Below the pieces are notes generated by a model that saw nothing but the letters and a program-made list of their open reading frames with translations, was not told the DNA's origin and did not search any database. The position numbers and the translations under genes are program-made. From Parasitella parasitica NRRL 2501 (taxonomy: Eukaryota; Fungi; Mucoromycota), in the NCBI GenBank assembly GCA_025201805.1, contig MU619320.1, forward strand, positions 1 through 40,757: 40,757 nucleotides of DNA. The letters run 5' to 3'. Positions within the stretch are counted from its first letter, which is position 1, and each line of letters opens with the position of its first letter. Positions 24,048-35,690 of this stretch are shown piece by piece.

Positions 24048-25295
24048 ATGGCTAAGGTTGCAAGAAGGACCAGGCAATCCGTGAGGAACAACGAATCTAC
24101 GAAAAGCAATGCGGTCAATGTAGAAACCGCGGGAAACAACAGTGAGCATACAGAAAACGATGCAACATATGCCGTTGAAAATACCACACACAATGACGAA
24201 CCTATGGAAATCGATGCACTCGCTTCCATTGTTTCTGATTTTCCAAGAAAGTACACATGCCATGAATGCGGGAAAGACTTTTCATGCGGGTCTAGTCTCA
24301 AAAGACACTTATTAGATATACATGAACAAGAGATAAGGCTCAAATTTGGGCGAACGTATAAGGGTGGCAGAGCATTCAGCAATCATAGATATTACTTGAA
24401 ACATCGAAAGCTTAAAGAAAGCACCGAGAAAACCGAGAAGCAGCTCTCGAGAATCGAGATTAACCAACGCGCTTATCAGAAGAGAGTATTCAAGAAGGAA
24501 GCAGAAGCCCTCAAGCAGGATATCATTACAAGCACAAAAGAAACTTTGGACGGTTATAAAGATGCGAAGGATTTACGCAAGAAATTGAAACAAGTGGCAA
24601 GTAAGATGAAGGCGTTTCACCGAGAAAACATGTACTTGGAGATTCAAAGGACACTTGGCTTCGCAGACACCTTTGATATTCAGTACTCGATCGCATTTTA
24701 CTTTATTTTAGCTATTGCTAATCGTCTGCCAAACTTTATCAATCTCAATTACGATAAAAAGGAGGTTGCCTTCGGTCTTTGCTGGCAAACCCTGGAGAAG
24801 GATGGCGTGCAAGAGGGTTTCGAGTGCGATGAAAGTGTTGTAGAGGCCATGTTTGCATCATTGGACAACTACTTTCTAGGTAAGGGAAAAAAGGTCAATG
24901 AGCAAAAACATAAATACATGGTTTACATTGCTACATTTTTGAATGTTGTTTTTACAGCATGTGGCAATAGATATATAATCATCAGAAAAGAAACGAACCC
25001 CTGTTATTTATTACGGTCATTATTCAGTGAACCTTTGATTCCTCTTCCACCTTCTCCAAAGAAAAATGCTGGCCAAGATAAGCAACCTACCGAACTAAAT
25101 GAATCGGAATCCAGCACTACAGACAAAAACCGAGCTCAAGACCCTCATGATAGTCCTGAAGACGACAGCCGTGTGGAGCAGAAGGATTTATCTGTTAATT
25201 ATGGAAATCTTAAAGAAAAATTTTCTGTGCCGTCTGATCATCTCATGGAAGACGAATCATCCTGGCCATCCTCAAATCACATTGAGCCAAGTTAA
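24048..25295 (+). CDS. C2H2 zinc-finger protein of unknown function (415-aa uninterrupted ORF)
   Basis: YTCHECGKDFSCGSSLKRHLLDIH finger, followed by a basic/coiled segment and an unrecognised helical region. Confidence 0.7.
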   Translation: MAKVARRTRQSVRNNESTKSNAVNVETAGNNSEHTENDATYAVENTTHNDEPMEIDALASIVSDFPRKYTCHECGKDFSCGSSLKRHLLDIHEQEIRLKFGRTYKGGRAFSNHRYYLKHRKLKESTEKTEKQLSRIEINQRAYQKRVFKKEAEALKQDIITSTKETLDGYKDAKDLRKKLKQVASKMKAFHRENMYLEIQRTLGFADTFDIQYSIAFYFILAIANRLPNFINLNYDKKEVAFGLCWQTLEKDGVQEGFECDESVVEAMFASLDNYFLGKGKKVNEQKHKYMVYIATFLNVVFTACGNRYIIIRKETNPCYLLRSLFSEPLIPLPPSPKKNAGQDKQPTELNESESSTTDKNRAQDPHDSPEDDSRVEQKDLSVNYGNLKEKFSVPSDHLMEDESSWPSSNHIEPS

Positions 25296-26115
25296 AGGTG
25301 TATTTATCACCATTTGAATTAATTTGCTTTTATACGTATTCAGCATCACGCACCAAGCTATTTGTAAATCGCCAATTTATTGTAATAAACTTTTTGTATA
25401 TATGTATATATTAGTGTAGACAATGGTTTTTGTCTTGCAACACAGCTTGGGAACTAGTAGGTTCAACTCTCCATGTAAACAGTTCGTTACACTTGGTTTC
25501 CCGTCTATTACCCTATATCCTTACTCTAAAATAGCCTTACTTACTTCAATCTATAATATTTAAGGGGAGAGCAGCGCCTAGGCTCTCTTTACCCAAGTTA
25601 ATCATCAGCCAGCAACTTTCTTTTTATCAAATGTGTGCAAAGCTGATTCCTTCGTTGTTAAGGCCGATAATCCCCGGACGGTAAACAATACCGAGTATCG
25701 TATACAGTCGATTGATAATTGTGTTATGATTTGTCAAATTAAAATGTAATACCTACCATTGATTAAAAACTGGTGAGATTAGGTATTTATTTGAATATGG
25801 CCACCCTTATAGGGATCTTGGGATTCATCTATTGCTCACAGTACAGCTACAAATCAATTCAGCGAACAAATCTGCAAGCACTCCGATGAAAAGATAATCA
25901 GATGCAACTGATATAACCTTTCGCAAAAAGCGGTTCAGAGCTGTTTACTGATAGTTAACAGACGCATTTCATTTATTTATTCTACATCTAAATGTCTTTT
26001 GATAACGCACTTGCCCATACGTTTATCTCGAGTACGTGGTTACACCAATAAAATAAGGTTTTGTATCACAGAATTATTTGATTTGACCTTGGAACTCTTT
26101 CAATCTAAAGACTGT

Positions 26116-26191
26116 TTATCTGATCGAAATTAGCAGGCTTTGTTATCAGATTACAATCCAGATTCAAGGCAGAACTGCCATACTCAGATAA
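26116..26191. promoter_or_regulatory. SreA/Urbs1/Fep1-type iron-responsive GATA boxes upstream of the oxidoreductase
   Basis: TTATCTGAT 26116-26124 and TTATCAGAT 26143-26151 (both ATCWGATAA on the minus strand), plus near-match CTCAGATAA 26183-26191, all within ~140 nt of ATG 26257. Confidence 0.6.
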
Positions 26192-26256
26192 AAAGGCTTT
26201 CTATTTTTCTTCTTTCCTTTTGTTTTTTTCTAGTATACACAAACTTGTCTAATAAA

Positions 26257-27698
26257 ATGGTATCTGCTGTGAGTAGAAAACAGAAAAATATCGTTTTTAT
26301 TGGTGCTTCCAGCGCAGGTAAGGATTTTGACCAGCATTGAAGCAGTATGCTCAATTTTTGAATATTAAAGCTATGGGAGCCTCTCTTGAGTGGTGTGAAA
26401 ACCATCAGAAAGATTACAAATTTATTTTGATTGAAGCCAAAACTCATTACAATCATGTATTTGCATTTCCTCGTGCATCTGTCATTACTGGCTTTGAAGA
26501 GCAGCTTTTTTGCCCATATGATAATATGTTTCTTGGTGATGATACAATTGGAAAGGTCATTAATGCCCGCGCAACAGAAATCCTAAAGGATTATGTCCAG
26601 CTTGACAGATATGTACCTGGCTTCGGTGATAGAGTAGAGTATGCCTATCTTGTTTATACTGCTGGCACACAAATCCCCGCCCCTGGCCGTTTTAATGATT
26701 TGGTCTCAAAAGATGACTGCATAGCAAAACTTCAAGAGTATCAAAAGGTCATTAAAGAAGCTAAAAATCCTATTATTATTGGTGCTGGTGCTGTTGGTTT
26801 AGGTAACAGACAAACACATCTTTGTCTTGATGAAAATTACTAATTTAAATATTCCATACTTTAGAGATTGCTTCGGAAATCAAAGAACATTATCCTGAAA
26901 AGAATGTGACACTCTTGCATTCTCGCAATAGATACTTACCTCGATACAAGGTAAGCATGGATGTCATGATTTACAATATCCTCAAGAAGAGAGGAGTAAA
27001 GCAAAAACTGGGTGACCGTGTCATTTTGCCGGCAGAAGGCTTTCCTCTGGAAGTGAAGCCTGTCGAGATTCAAACCAAAAGCGGCAAAATTATTAAAGGT
27101 GATCTTGCTGTAGGTTATGGCTATAGTCATTTGTTGATTTAGCGTTTAATTTTATTTTTACAGATCACGTGTATTGGCATGAGTCCCAATAACTCTTTAA
27201 TCAAGACCATTGCGCCTGAAAGTATCAATCCTGAGACAGGATTTGTGAAAATCAAACCTACTATGCAAATTCAAGACGATAACTATCCAAATATTTTTTC
27301 TGCTGGCGATGTATGTGACCATACAGATGTTAAAACTGGTCACTATGCTTGGATGCAAGGCCTCGCTGCTTTGAATAACATTAGAAAACTGATTAGTGGT
27401 GCTTCTCAAGATGAATTAGAGCCCTATAAGAGTAAAGATTTAGCTCTTATCAAAGTGATCTTGGGAGAGGTATATAGAAAGAAATGGCAATACTATTTAA
27501 TAGCATATTAACACTCTGTTTGTTTTTCAGAAAGAAGCTGTTACTCAAACTCATCAACTTGGTCCTCTTATTACCTATGGCTCATGGGTGGGCGGAAGAT
27601 CTGTTCCTCACAATGTATACGCATCGTTTACATGGGGACTATTGCATGCTGAAGACCATTTAGAAGCTCTTGTGAACAAACAATCTACAAAGGCCTGA
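26257..27698 (+). CDS. AIFM2/AMID/FSP1-like FAD-dependent pyridine nucleotide-disulfide oxidoreductase, 5 exons
   Basis: NIVFIGASSA/AMGA, LIEAKTHYNHVFAFPRASV, YAYLVYTAGT, IIIGAGAVGL/EIASEIKEHYPEKNVTLLHSR, CIGMSPN, NIFSAGDV; stop TGA 27696-27698. Confidence 0.9.
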
Positions 27699-27872
27699 TT
27701 TAATTTTTACAAGTGGACATTACATTTTTGCGTTTCGGGTTGTAAGACTTAATCGTCATGGGGAGGGGGGGTTGAATAAAGTCATTAGTGAAATATCAAT
27801 ATAATCATATAAGATTTGGAGTATGCAAAGCAGAACATGTTTATTTTTATATTTTAACAAAAAAAGTTAAAA

Positions 27873-28644
27873 TTAATATTTGGTATTGCCACCATTAGTC
27901 TCAATTACAGCCCTAAATCATTACAGAACCATTCCCAAACTTCACAGTCTTTCGAATATGATCTGGAGAGAACCTTTCGCCTTCTTTCCAAATTACTCGG
28001 GCTATCATTGACGTTGAATATGGGTTCATCGGACCAGATGACATTCTGCCATTGTTTAGGTGTCTAATAACCTTTTCTTAAGTCCAAGCAAATCTTTTTT
28101 CCATTTGCTTGGGCTTCAGCATTGGTACAGATACTGGGGAATATGATCCAAAGTCGTGTATGTTAGCATAGATTGATAGCGTTTGATTATGTATGTCAAT
28201 TCCAGCTGCCTTCAATCTTGCATTATGACTAACAAAAGAATCAGAAGGTCTCTCTCTAAAGCTGCGCTGGTCTTTTTCAGACAACTCGAGAGGCCTTCCA
28301 CTACGTTGTTGGGTTACTCCATTTCCTGTTTCATTGTGGCAATTTACGCAATCAGTAACAGTAAACTTTGACAAGCACATTTCATGTGAAATTTGAGTGA
28401 TCTTTTGTTTAGCTTGTTATCTGCCAATGATAAGCCCACAGGTATAATCGTCAAGTTGTTTAAGGACTCTACGATGTTTGTTGGTTATATCTGTTAAAGT
28501 CATGATTAGTTGTGTGTTTGGAGTAGTGATAAAGGAGCGTTTGATTAACACTGAAATACAAAGGAAATGAAAATGAACGGTGAATAATTTTACAACATCT
28601 CGATTCATAGTCAAAATTTTAGCATTAGTCAATGGAGGAGACTA
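27873..28644 (-). mobile_element. Internally deleted, decayed Tc1/mariner element
   Basis: HTH region ...GVTQQRSGRP, WQNVIWSDE, KTVKFGNGSVMI*GC joined directly to the Tc1 C-terminal AVIETNGGNTKY*. Stops and frameshifts throughout; a TA-flanked probable left end near 28644. Confidence 0.85.
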
Positions 28645-28884
28645 TAGTTTATTAGCAGATAAGTATTTAGATTTGGGGAGTGGCTTGACGTTAATGTCTA
28701 ATATTAATGATATAAGTGCAATATGTAAATTAATTTTGTGGTTAAATTTGTAAATTGTAAATTATTGTGTGGTAAGTTTTTCAATGATATTTTCATACAA
28801 CTCTATCAATTAAATGGCACTAAAAAAGAAGATAATACGTTAGCAATTGATAGCTGCATATTAAAACTGTCCAAAAGTTACGTT

Positions 28885-30835
28885 TTACTGTTTCGCAATA
28901 CTGTGGCCATCAATAACTTGTTCATCGGGATATTCTTCTTTCTCTTTGATTTCAGGTCGAGGCTCATGGTGGTCATGATCGCTCAAACCAAATGCCTGCA
29001 TTCTAAACCAGAAGGCTAGAGCGATAACAGAGAGACAAAGAGCAACAATAGATAAAATTCTCTGAACACCACCATAGGCAATTGCAGCGCCATCGTGTTG
29101 TTCAGTAGAAAGAGCATGAATATAAGTAATGTTACCAAGGATTTGAGAAGCATCATATTCACCAGGAACATGCGATGCCAATTGACCAGGCAACAGTGAA
29201 TTCCAGATAGCACCTGCAATAGTACCGCCAACACTAGTAGAAATTGTACCACCAATAGACATCAAGGCGGTCACAATAGCAAGATCTATGTAAGATATAT
29301 GAGTAACGTAAATAGAATTAATGTGCGCTGCATACCGCCATGAGGAACAGAACTTTGAGCAGCTACGAGACAAGGGACATAAATCAAACCAGAGCCAAGA
29401 CCTGCAATAATCTGACTGATAATTACAAAACCTAAAGGAGAGGTAGGATAGCGAGATGGAATCATAAGGCCCATACCAAGTATATAAAAACAGATACCAG
29501 CAAGAACAACAGGCCTGTAGATCTTGAACCGTCTCATAATAAAGCCTCCAGCAAGTTGTGATACCAAAAACATGGCATGATAACTTCGATCGATATAGGT
29601 AGCTTGAAGAGCAGTAGAATAACGGGTAATTTGGAGATATGTCATGAAATACGTCCAGTTGATTGCGCGAATAGAACTGATCATGGCACAAACCATCACA
29701 GCGGCCATAGGAGTCGAGGTATCCCAATCGCCTACAGGAATAACAGGAAATTCGGCAACCTTGATTTCGTACCAGACAAATACAAGAGCACAGATGAAAC
29801 CACCCACAAGGCAGCCGATAGTAGGAGAAGTATCCCAACCGCCCCAGCGAGACGGGCCGAGAATGAGAGGAAGCAAGATCATACAAAGAGCACCGATAAA
29901 CAAGACGCTGCCCACAAAATCAATTTCGTTTCCAATAAACTTCGCCTTTTCTAAAAACGACATGTTTTGATATTTTGAGTTGTCCTTGGGCGGCATTTGA
30001 CCAGATTTTTTTACTGTTCTTTCAATCTTGTATAAACCGTATAACAAAGGAATGGAGCAAGTGCCTATACAAAAGGGGATCATGGAATAGCACCATCTCC
30101 AAGAGCTATTTTCAGCTATGGCAGTTCCAGCGATGGGTGCAACCCAGATATTAATCATGGCAGGGAAATCGTAGAAAGCTTGAAATATACCACGGTTTGC
30201 TGAAGACGTAATATCTACGATATTTCTATCTTAGGGTCTTGGTGAATCTCATACTTGTAATCTTTATAGTTACCTGCAATTAATACATGACCTAAAACCG
30301 TAACACCAGACAAACCAAAAGCGTATATAACTTGGCCGCCCTATTATTTTCATACACAATAATAATAAGTAACTGTAGAATAACCAATAATGACAATACT
30401 TACGATAAGAGTGTCCATGTTCTGAGCAGTAGCTTGAATGACACCGGAAATAACGTAGAAAAATATAGCCATGGTAAATGCTTCTGTTCTACCAACCATG
30501 TCAGAGAACTTGGCGTACATTGGCAACAGAATGGTTTGGACAATGTAGAGAACGACATCGACAAGTGCAGAGATACTAAGTGAGTTAAAAGCACTATATA
30601 TTTGAACAGATGCAGAGTAGACAAGATTTCCCTCCCAGTTCTTTGCCCATGCAACAAGGATAATACCAGTTACAACAAGGATTTTATCCCACTTGTGTCC
30701 AAGTTTTTTCATCAAGATGACCTTTTGGATACCATAGAATTGATTATCAAAGCTCTGTTCATCGTAATGCGAGGGAGTGCGCTCAGCATTAGATATAGAG
30801 TCTGATTGTCGTTTTTCAGCTTCAGAATTGCTCAT
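28885..30835 (-). CDS. Siderophore-iron transporter (MFS, ARN/SIT1/MirB family), 4 exons
   Basis: YGIQKV N-terminus, AKFSDMVGRTEA, ADITSSANRG, WRWCYSM, EIDFVG, FMTYLQI, AAQSSVPH, GAIWNSLLP, IAYGGVQRIL; 14-TM DHA2/SIT-type pattern. Confidence 0.9.
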
Positions 30836-30917
30836 TTTTGCAAGTTTTTAATGTCAAAAAGAAAAAGGCAAAGAAAACCAGATCCATCATTATTTGATAT
30901 TTGATATTTGGTATATG

Positions 30918-31435
30918 ATCTGATTATTGTTAGACATACAAAAATTAGTTGGTCTAGAATTTCTATTTGTGGTTTCTGGTGTGGTGTTACATCAGATTTG
31001 TCTAGGTTATCAGATCCTTTCCAATACAATATAATCGCTTAATTAACAGGTATTCTAGCAATTGAACTGGAGTAATCAGTTTTGATCAAGTGTCCTAATA
31101 TTTCTAAAATAGCTTTCTTTACATTTAATGGAATTAATCTTGTTATGCTGGACATGCTCTCCGCCATAATTGTACATGAAATCTATTTCATATTTGTCAG
31201 ATTCGCGCAATCTCAAAAAGATCATATATTAGTGACACCAATTGGAATATATAGAAACTTTAAATAGTATTTTAAAGACCAATATCTATAAATTAGTTTG
31301 GTAAGCAGTGGTTGTATCTATTCGAATTCTATTAGAGCTCAAAAACCTTCGGTGATGAATTGATTGAGTCTTTTCCTTGCATATCCTTCCAAAAAAAAAA
31401 AAAAAAAAAAAAAAAGAATGTACAGGATCTGATAA
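30918..31435. promoter_or_regulatory. SreA-type GATA boxes upstream of the siderophore transporter
   Basis: TTATCAGAT 31007-31015 and ATCTGATAA 31427-31435; near-match ATCTGATTA 30918-30926. Confidence 0.65.
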
Positions 31436-32384
31436 GCGCAACGCTCCCAGCTGTTTCATATGTACTTCTTTTTTTATTCAACTCGTTGTGATAAATAATG
31501 AGCAAATTTATATATAGTACGTATCACACAAATCATTATTCGTATGTTAAAATCATTCTGTATTACAGTGGAAAAGCGATTTCTTCCGAATAGTTTATAA
31601 TTCAAATCAATTTTTTTAGACCTTTATTTAGTTTAGTTGCTTCAAAAAGTTATACTACTACATTAAAGCTTAAGATTTAAAATTTAAGTTTCCAAGTATG
31701 CATATACAATTAGCCTCTCGCGTGATGAATGGTAATAAATACAAGGTTCCAATCGCAGGGTTTTGAAAGTACTATCCCATGCTTATTCAATAGTTTTTAT
31801 TAAGATAGGGATGATTGTAGATCCTAGCAAGAATTAGCCGTTCTTTTCAGAAACATTTTATTAGCTATAAGTTATAATCCAAGACAGCATGCGAAGGGGT
31901 TACAGTTCTTAACAGGATAGTCGTTCTGAGTGTTTACCAAGGCTAAAATGATGTAGTTAATCGATATGGGATCCTGGACATTAAATCATTTCCTGCACGA
32001 TTTGTGAACTAAAGTATTAAAGAAGAGAGAAATAGTAAATTGCTACCTCTACCTCTATCGATAATGAAATGATCATCCCATATTAAGAAATCGTTTTAGG
32101 GCTCTTCCTCCTCCACCCAGCTAAATTTGATTAAAAGTTTTGGAATGTGAACAATAGCATAGGATCAAGCGTGAAAAATTACCTTGCCATTTGTCATTAT
32201 CTTGATATCTTACATTGCTTCTATGATCACTTATAAACACTATTTTGTAAAAGTTATACTCAAGCATATACAACATTATAGAACACATTCTATTATCAAA
32301 CCAGAAACTTTAGGATTTGTAAAACACATGAAAAAAATTTATGAGAGAGAGGAGGGGGGGGGGGAGCTGAAAGGTTAAAAGTCT

Positions 32385-33425
32385 ATGCCAGATAAGTAGT
32401 TTTTTGTTGATTCTCATGAATATTTCATTGCTGAAAAGATATAGACATACATAAATTGCTGACATAATAACTAAAGCACCTATCAATTAAAAAAATCTAC
32501 CAAAAATATCGAAATGCTGACAACAATCAGAGATATTGTATCCTCGATAGAACTGACACAGTTGAATACCATCCTCAGGGTGGCCCATGAAATATATAGA
32601 TTCAGCAAATCCACTCTTAATTTTTTAGAAATATAATTGATGAAGAAGACGAGGGAAATATTTTGACACTAGAGCAACTTCAGCAGAGACTAATCGATGA
32701 GCTCCCAGAAAATTCCCTTTAAAAAATGCAATTGAAATTTTTACAATCCAAAAACACATAGCTCAAAAGCTGTGTTTGACTCTCAAAAAAAACATCCCCA
32801 GCGAAAGAAATACAAACAACTGAAAGTATAGCAAGAAAGCGAAAGAATTACTGTATTGGCCTTTCGCACAAGGGTAGTAATTACTTGAAAAATTGTAATT
32901 TTGTTGATGAAAGTGGATTTAATGCTTGTATGGTACCTGGACGTGCAAGATCAGCCAAAGGAAAGAAGGCCCATGAAATCACAAAGACCAAAAAAGGCAA
33001 GAAAATTTCAACCATTGGCGCTATTTTCAGCAAAAAAGGTTGAATCTTTACAAGCTGCTATGATAGATGGTTCTACAAACAGGTTTATCTTTGCTGAATT
33101 TATCAAGCAGCTGTTGGAATGGGTTGATATAGAATTCCCACATCAAGAATTTTCTTTTATAATGAATAATGTAAAATTTTACAAGAGTCCTATTGTACAG
33201 GATCTTTTTAGACATTCAAAACATAGCTGCCATCTCTTGCCTATGCTAAATCCCATAGAAACTAGCTTCAACAAATTGAAAAACTTTGTTAGAAGGAGCT
33301 CAAAGGAGAACAAAGAGACTCTCCTGGAGCTCATTAAGGAAGCAGAGAAGAAAATAACTCCTCAAGTCTGTGAAGGATGGACCCATCACTGTGTCAATAA
33401 TGTCAATAGATGTATCACTGAAAAA
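32385..33425 (+). mobile_element. Decayed IS630/Tc1-like transposase remnant
   Basis: LTLEQLQQRLIDELP, FVDESGFN (~32901), IMNNVKFYKS (degenerate second Asp motif), LNPIETSFNKLKNFVRR; many stops/frameshifts; ends approximate. Confidence 0.8.
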
Positions 33426-33496
33426 TATCACCGAAGCGAAGCGAAGGTCGATTATTTTCACCGTAGTTCGGGGTGTCTAAAAGCTCGTCTCTTATA

Positions 33497-34868
33497 CAGG
33501 ATTTCGCATTCAAAAAGAAGAAAATCAATAGTTTTTGGTGAAAGCCACTTTTAAAAAAGAAGAAAGTCTAAACTAAAAATGATGATGGTGATGTAAAGCG
33601 TAGTGAAGTACAGTATAAATAAAGAGCTTATTGCTAGGTACCGGTAGTAGTCGCCTGCATTTTTCTTCCCTCATTTACAATACGTACCACCGCTATTCAA
33701 ATGTCTTCTAATAATGATAACTCTGCTACTTCTTCCTCAAAAAAGCAAAGAAGAAGAAACACTCGTATTAGTGACCATCTAAAGAAGCTTATCATTGAAA
33801 AGCATCTTGATGAAGACTTGTCCATTGTTAAAATTGCAAAACTCTTTAATTTGTCTTGGTCCACAGTTAATCATATCGTCGATCGATATATGGAGAGAGG
33901 AACTGTAAAAGACAAGTCGCGAAGAGGACGAGTTCAATCGTTCGTAAAACTCACCGAAGAGCACACCAAGTACATTATCCACCTGCTGGACGATGACCCT
34001 CAGCTTACGTTGGGTATTATCAGAGACGAGCTCTTTAAGAATTTTCCCAACCTTGCTGACAAGGGATTATCCACTCAGCAAATTCACAAGCATATTCTTC
34101 AAAAAGTTGGTTTCTCGCTCAAGAAAACAAAACCTGTAGAAAACAAAAGAAAATTCCCCACAATTAATTAAAAGCAGAAAAGCAAATTGCATCTTTTTTC
34201 GATGAGGCAGGCTTCAATGCCAACTTGATTCGAGGAAAAAGATGGTCAAAGAAAGGAGAAAATGCTATCCTAAGGACCAAGACAAAAAGAGCAATCAGTA
34301 TTTCTGTTCTGGAGAATTTCTTACAATGGTATCGAAGATGTTTCCTTGAAGCAAGTTCCTGGAGGCACTACCGCCGAGATCTTCATTGATTTTATCAAAC
34401 AAATCATTGCAAGCATTGAAAGAGACAATGCTGCGCATTATTTCATTTTGGATAATGCTAGAATTCGCATGGTTTCCAAGGTAAGGAAGTATATTGAGAG
34501 TACTTGCCACCATGTCCATTTCTTGCCCGCCTATAGTCCATTCCTCAACCCAATTGAGGAGTGCTTTTCTATGCTAAAAGGACTCGTTAAAAGAAAGCCT
34601 GGGTTCACAACAGCAGAGCTGGTAAAATACATTAGGGAATGCAGTCAGAAAATAGCTCAAGAAAACTGCCCTAAATGTTTAACAGAAGAAGAGATTTACC
34701 GAAATTAATAAAATTAAAATCGTCAGTCAAGACTTTCTTCTTCTCAAAAATTATTGATTTTCATCTTTTTGGATGCGAAATCTAGTACTTAGTTTCACAT
34801 CACCATCATCAGTTTTAGTTTAGACTTTCTTCTTTTTCAAAGGTGATCTTTTTGAATGCGAAATCCTG
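33497..34868 (+). mobile_element. IS630/Tc1-like DNA transposon with both TIRs and TA flanks; disrupted transposase 33701-34708
   Basis: TA|CAGGATTTCGCATTCAAAAAGA at 33497 mirrored by TCTTTTTGAATGCGAAATCCTG|TA ending 34868, with imperfect inverted similarity over ~100 bp. HTH ORF 33701-34171, FFDEAGFN, ILDNARIR, FLPAYSPFLNPIEECFS. Confidence 0.92.
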
Positions 34869-35451
34869 TATAACTATAGAAAATCACATCATAAGATACC
34901 CTCCTTAAATTAGGCCCCAAACATTTTGTGCGATAAATCTGTTCTAAATATCTACGCCATCAACTGAGAACCTTGGTGCGCGGAACATTAGTCATGAAGG
35001 AATTTTTTTTTCTCTCACATAAACATCACTGATCACTATTCAGAGGTTATTTCGATAACAAGATGAACCGGGTAAGATTATACTGAAGGATTTTTGTTTA
35101 AGGTATAATTTTACGCCACCTCTTGCTTATAAACTCGTGAGCTTGATAGCTTTCCTTGGCTTTGACAAATTCTGGGGTGCTTGCGGTAAGATTGCATTTA
35201 TGTGCTTTCTTGTTGCTTCATCGTAGTAGCAACCGAGTATAAGCAGCTTTGGTTTTGCAAGCTAACAAACAGCTGTCTAAAGATAAGTTAAAAAATGCTT
35301 TTTGAGAGCTTTGCATAAAGGCAAAATATGGGGAAATATTTTCTCACCTAATTTCCAACGATAGAAATGAATATATTTAGATGAGGGATAGACCATAATT
35401 ATTATTTATACTATTATTTTCATTGAGTATTTGATAGTAGTATAAAGTATA

Positions 35452-35485
35452 CTAGCCGTTTGATCTCGCTACGCTCGAGGACGGC
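35452..35485 (-). other. Helitron 3' terminal hairpin and CTAG end
   Basis: Minus strand reads GCCGTCCTCGAGCGTAGCGAGATCAAACGGCTAG|T: CTCG/CGAG and GCCGT/ACGGC stems, then CTAG followed by T. Confidence 0.85.
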
Positions 35486-35690
35486 GTCGCCCTGCGGGAA
35501 GATATAATTTACACTGCTGCAATAAAAATTTAGTTAAATCAAGTAGATTAAGCAATCAAGCATTGATAATCAAGAAGTTTACATAATAGTCAGGGGGAGG
35601 TATCTCCCTTGAACCCCACCCCCACCCCCCTCTACTGGAGGAGACCCCCAGACCCCTTTTTGCTTACAAACTGATGTCAAACGAAGGCCA

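Noticed and set aside
25567-25587. GAGAGC..GCTCTC hairpin as a second Helitron end
   Set aside because: No CTRR terminus at the expected distance.
28885-29886. 333-aa ORF as a separate gene
   Set aside because: Only its 3' part is the final exon of the siderophore transporter; the rest is an off-frame overlap.
31700-32190. Minus-strand exon-like fragments with splice signals (LIWDDHFIID)
   Set aside because: Interrupted by stops and not assignable; possibly a pseudogene but unsupported.
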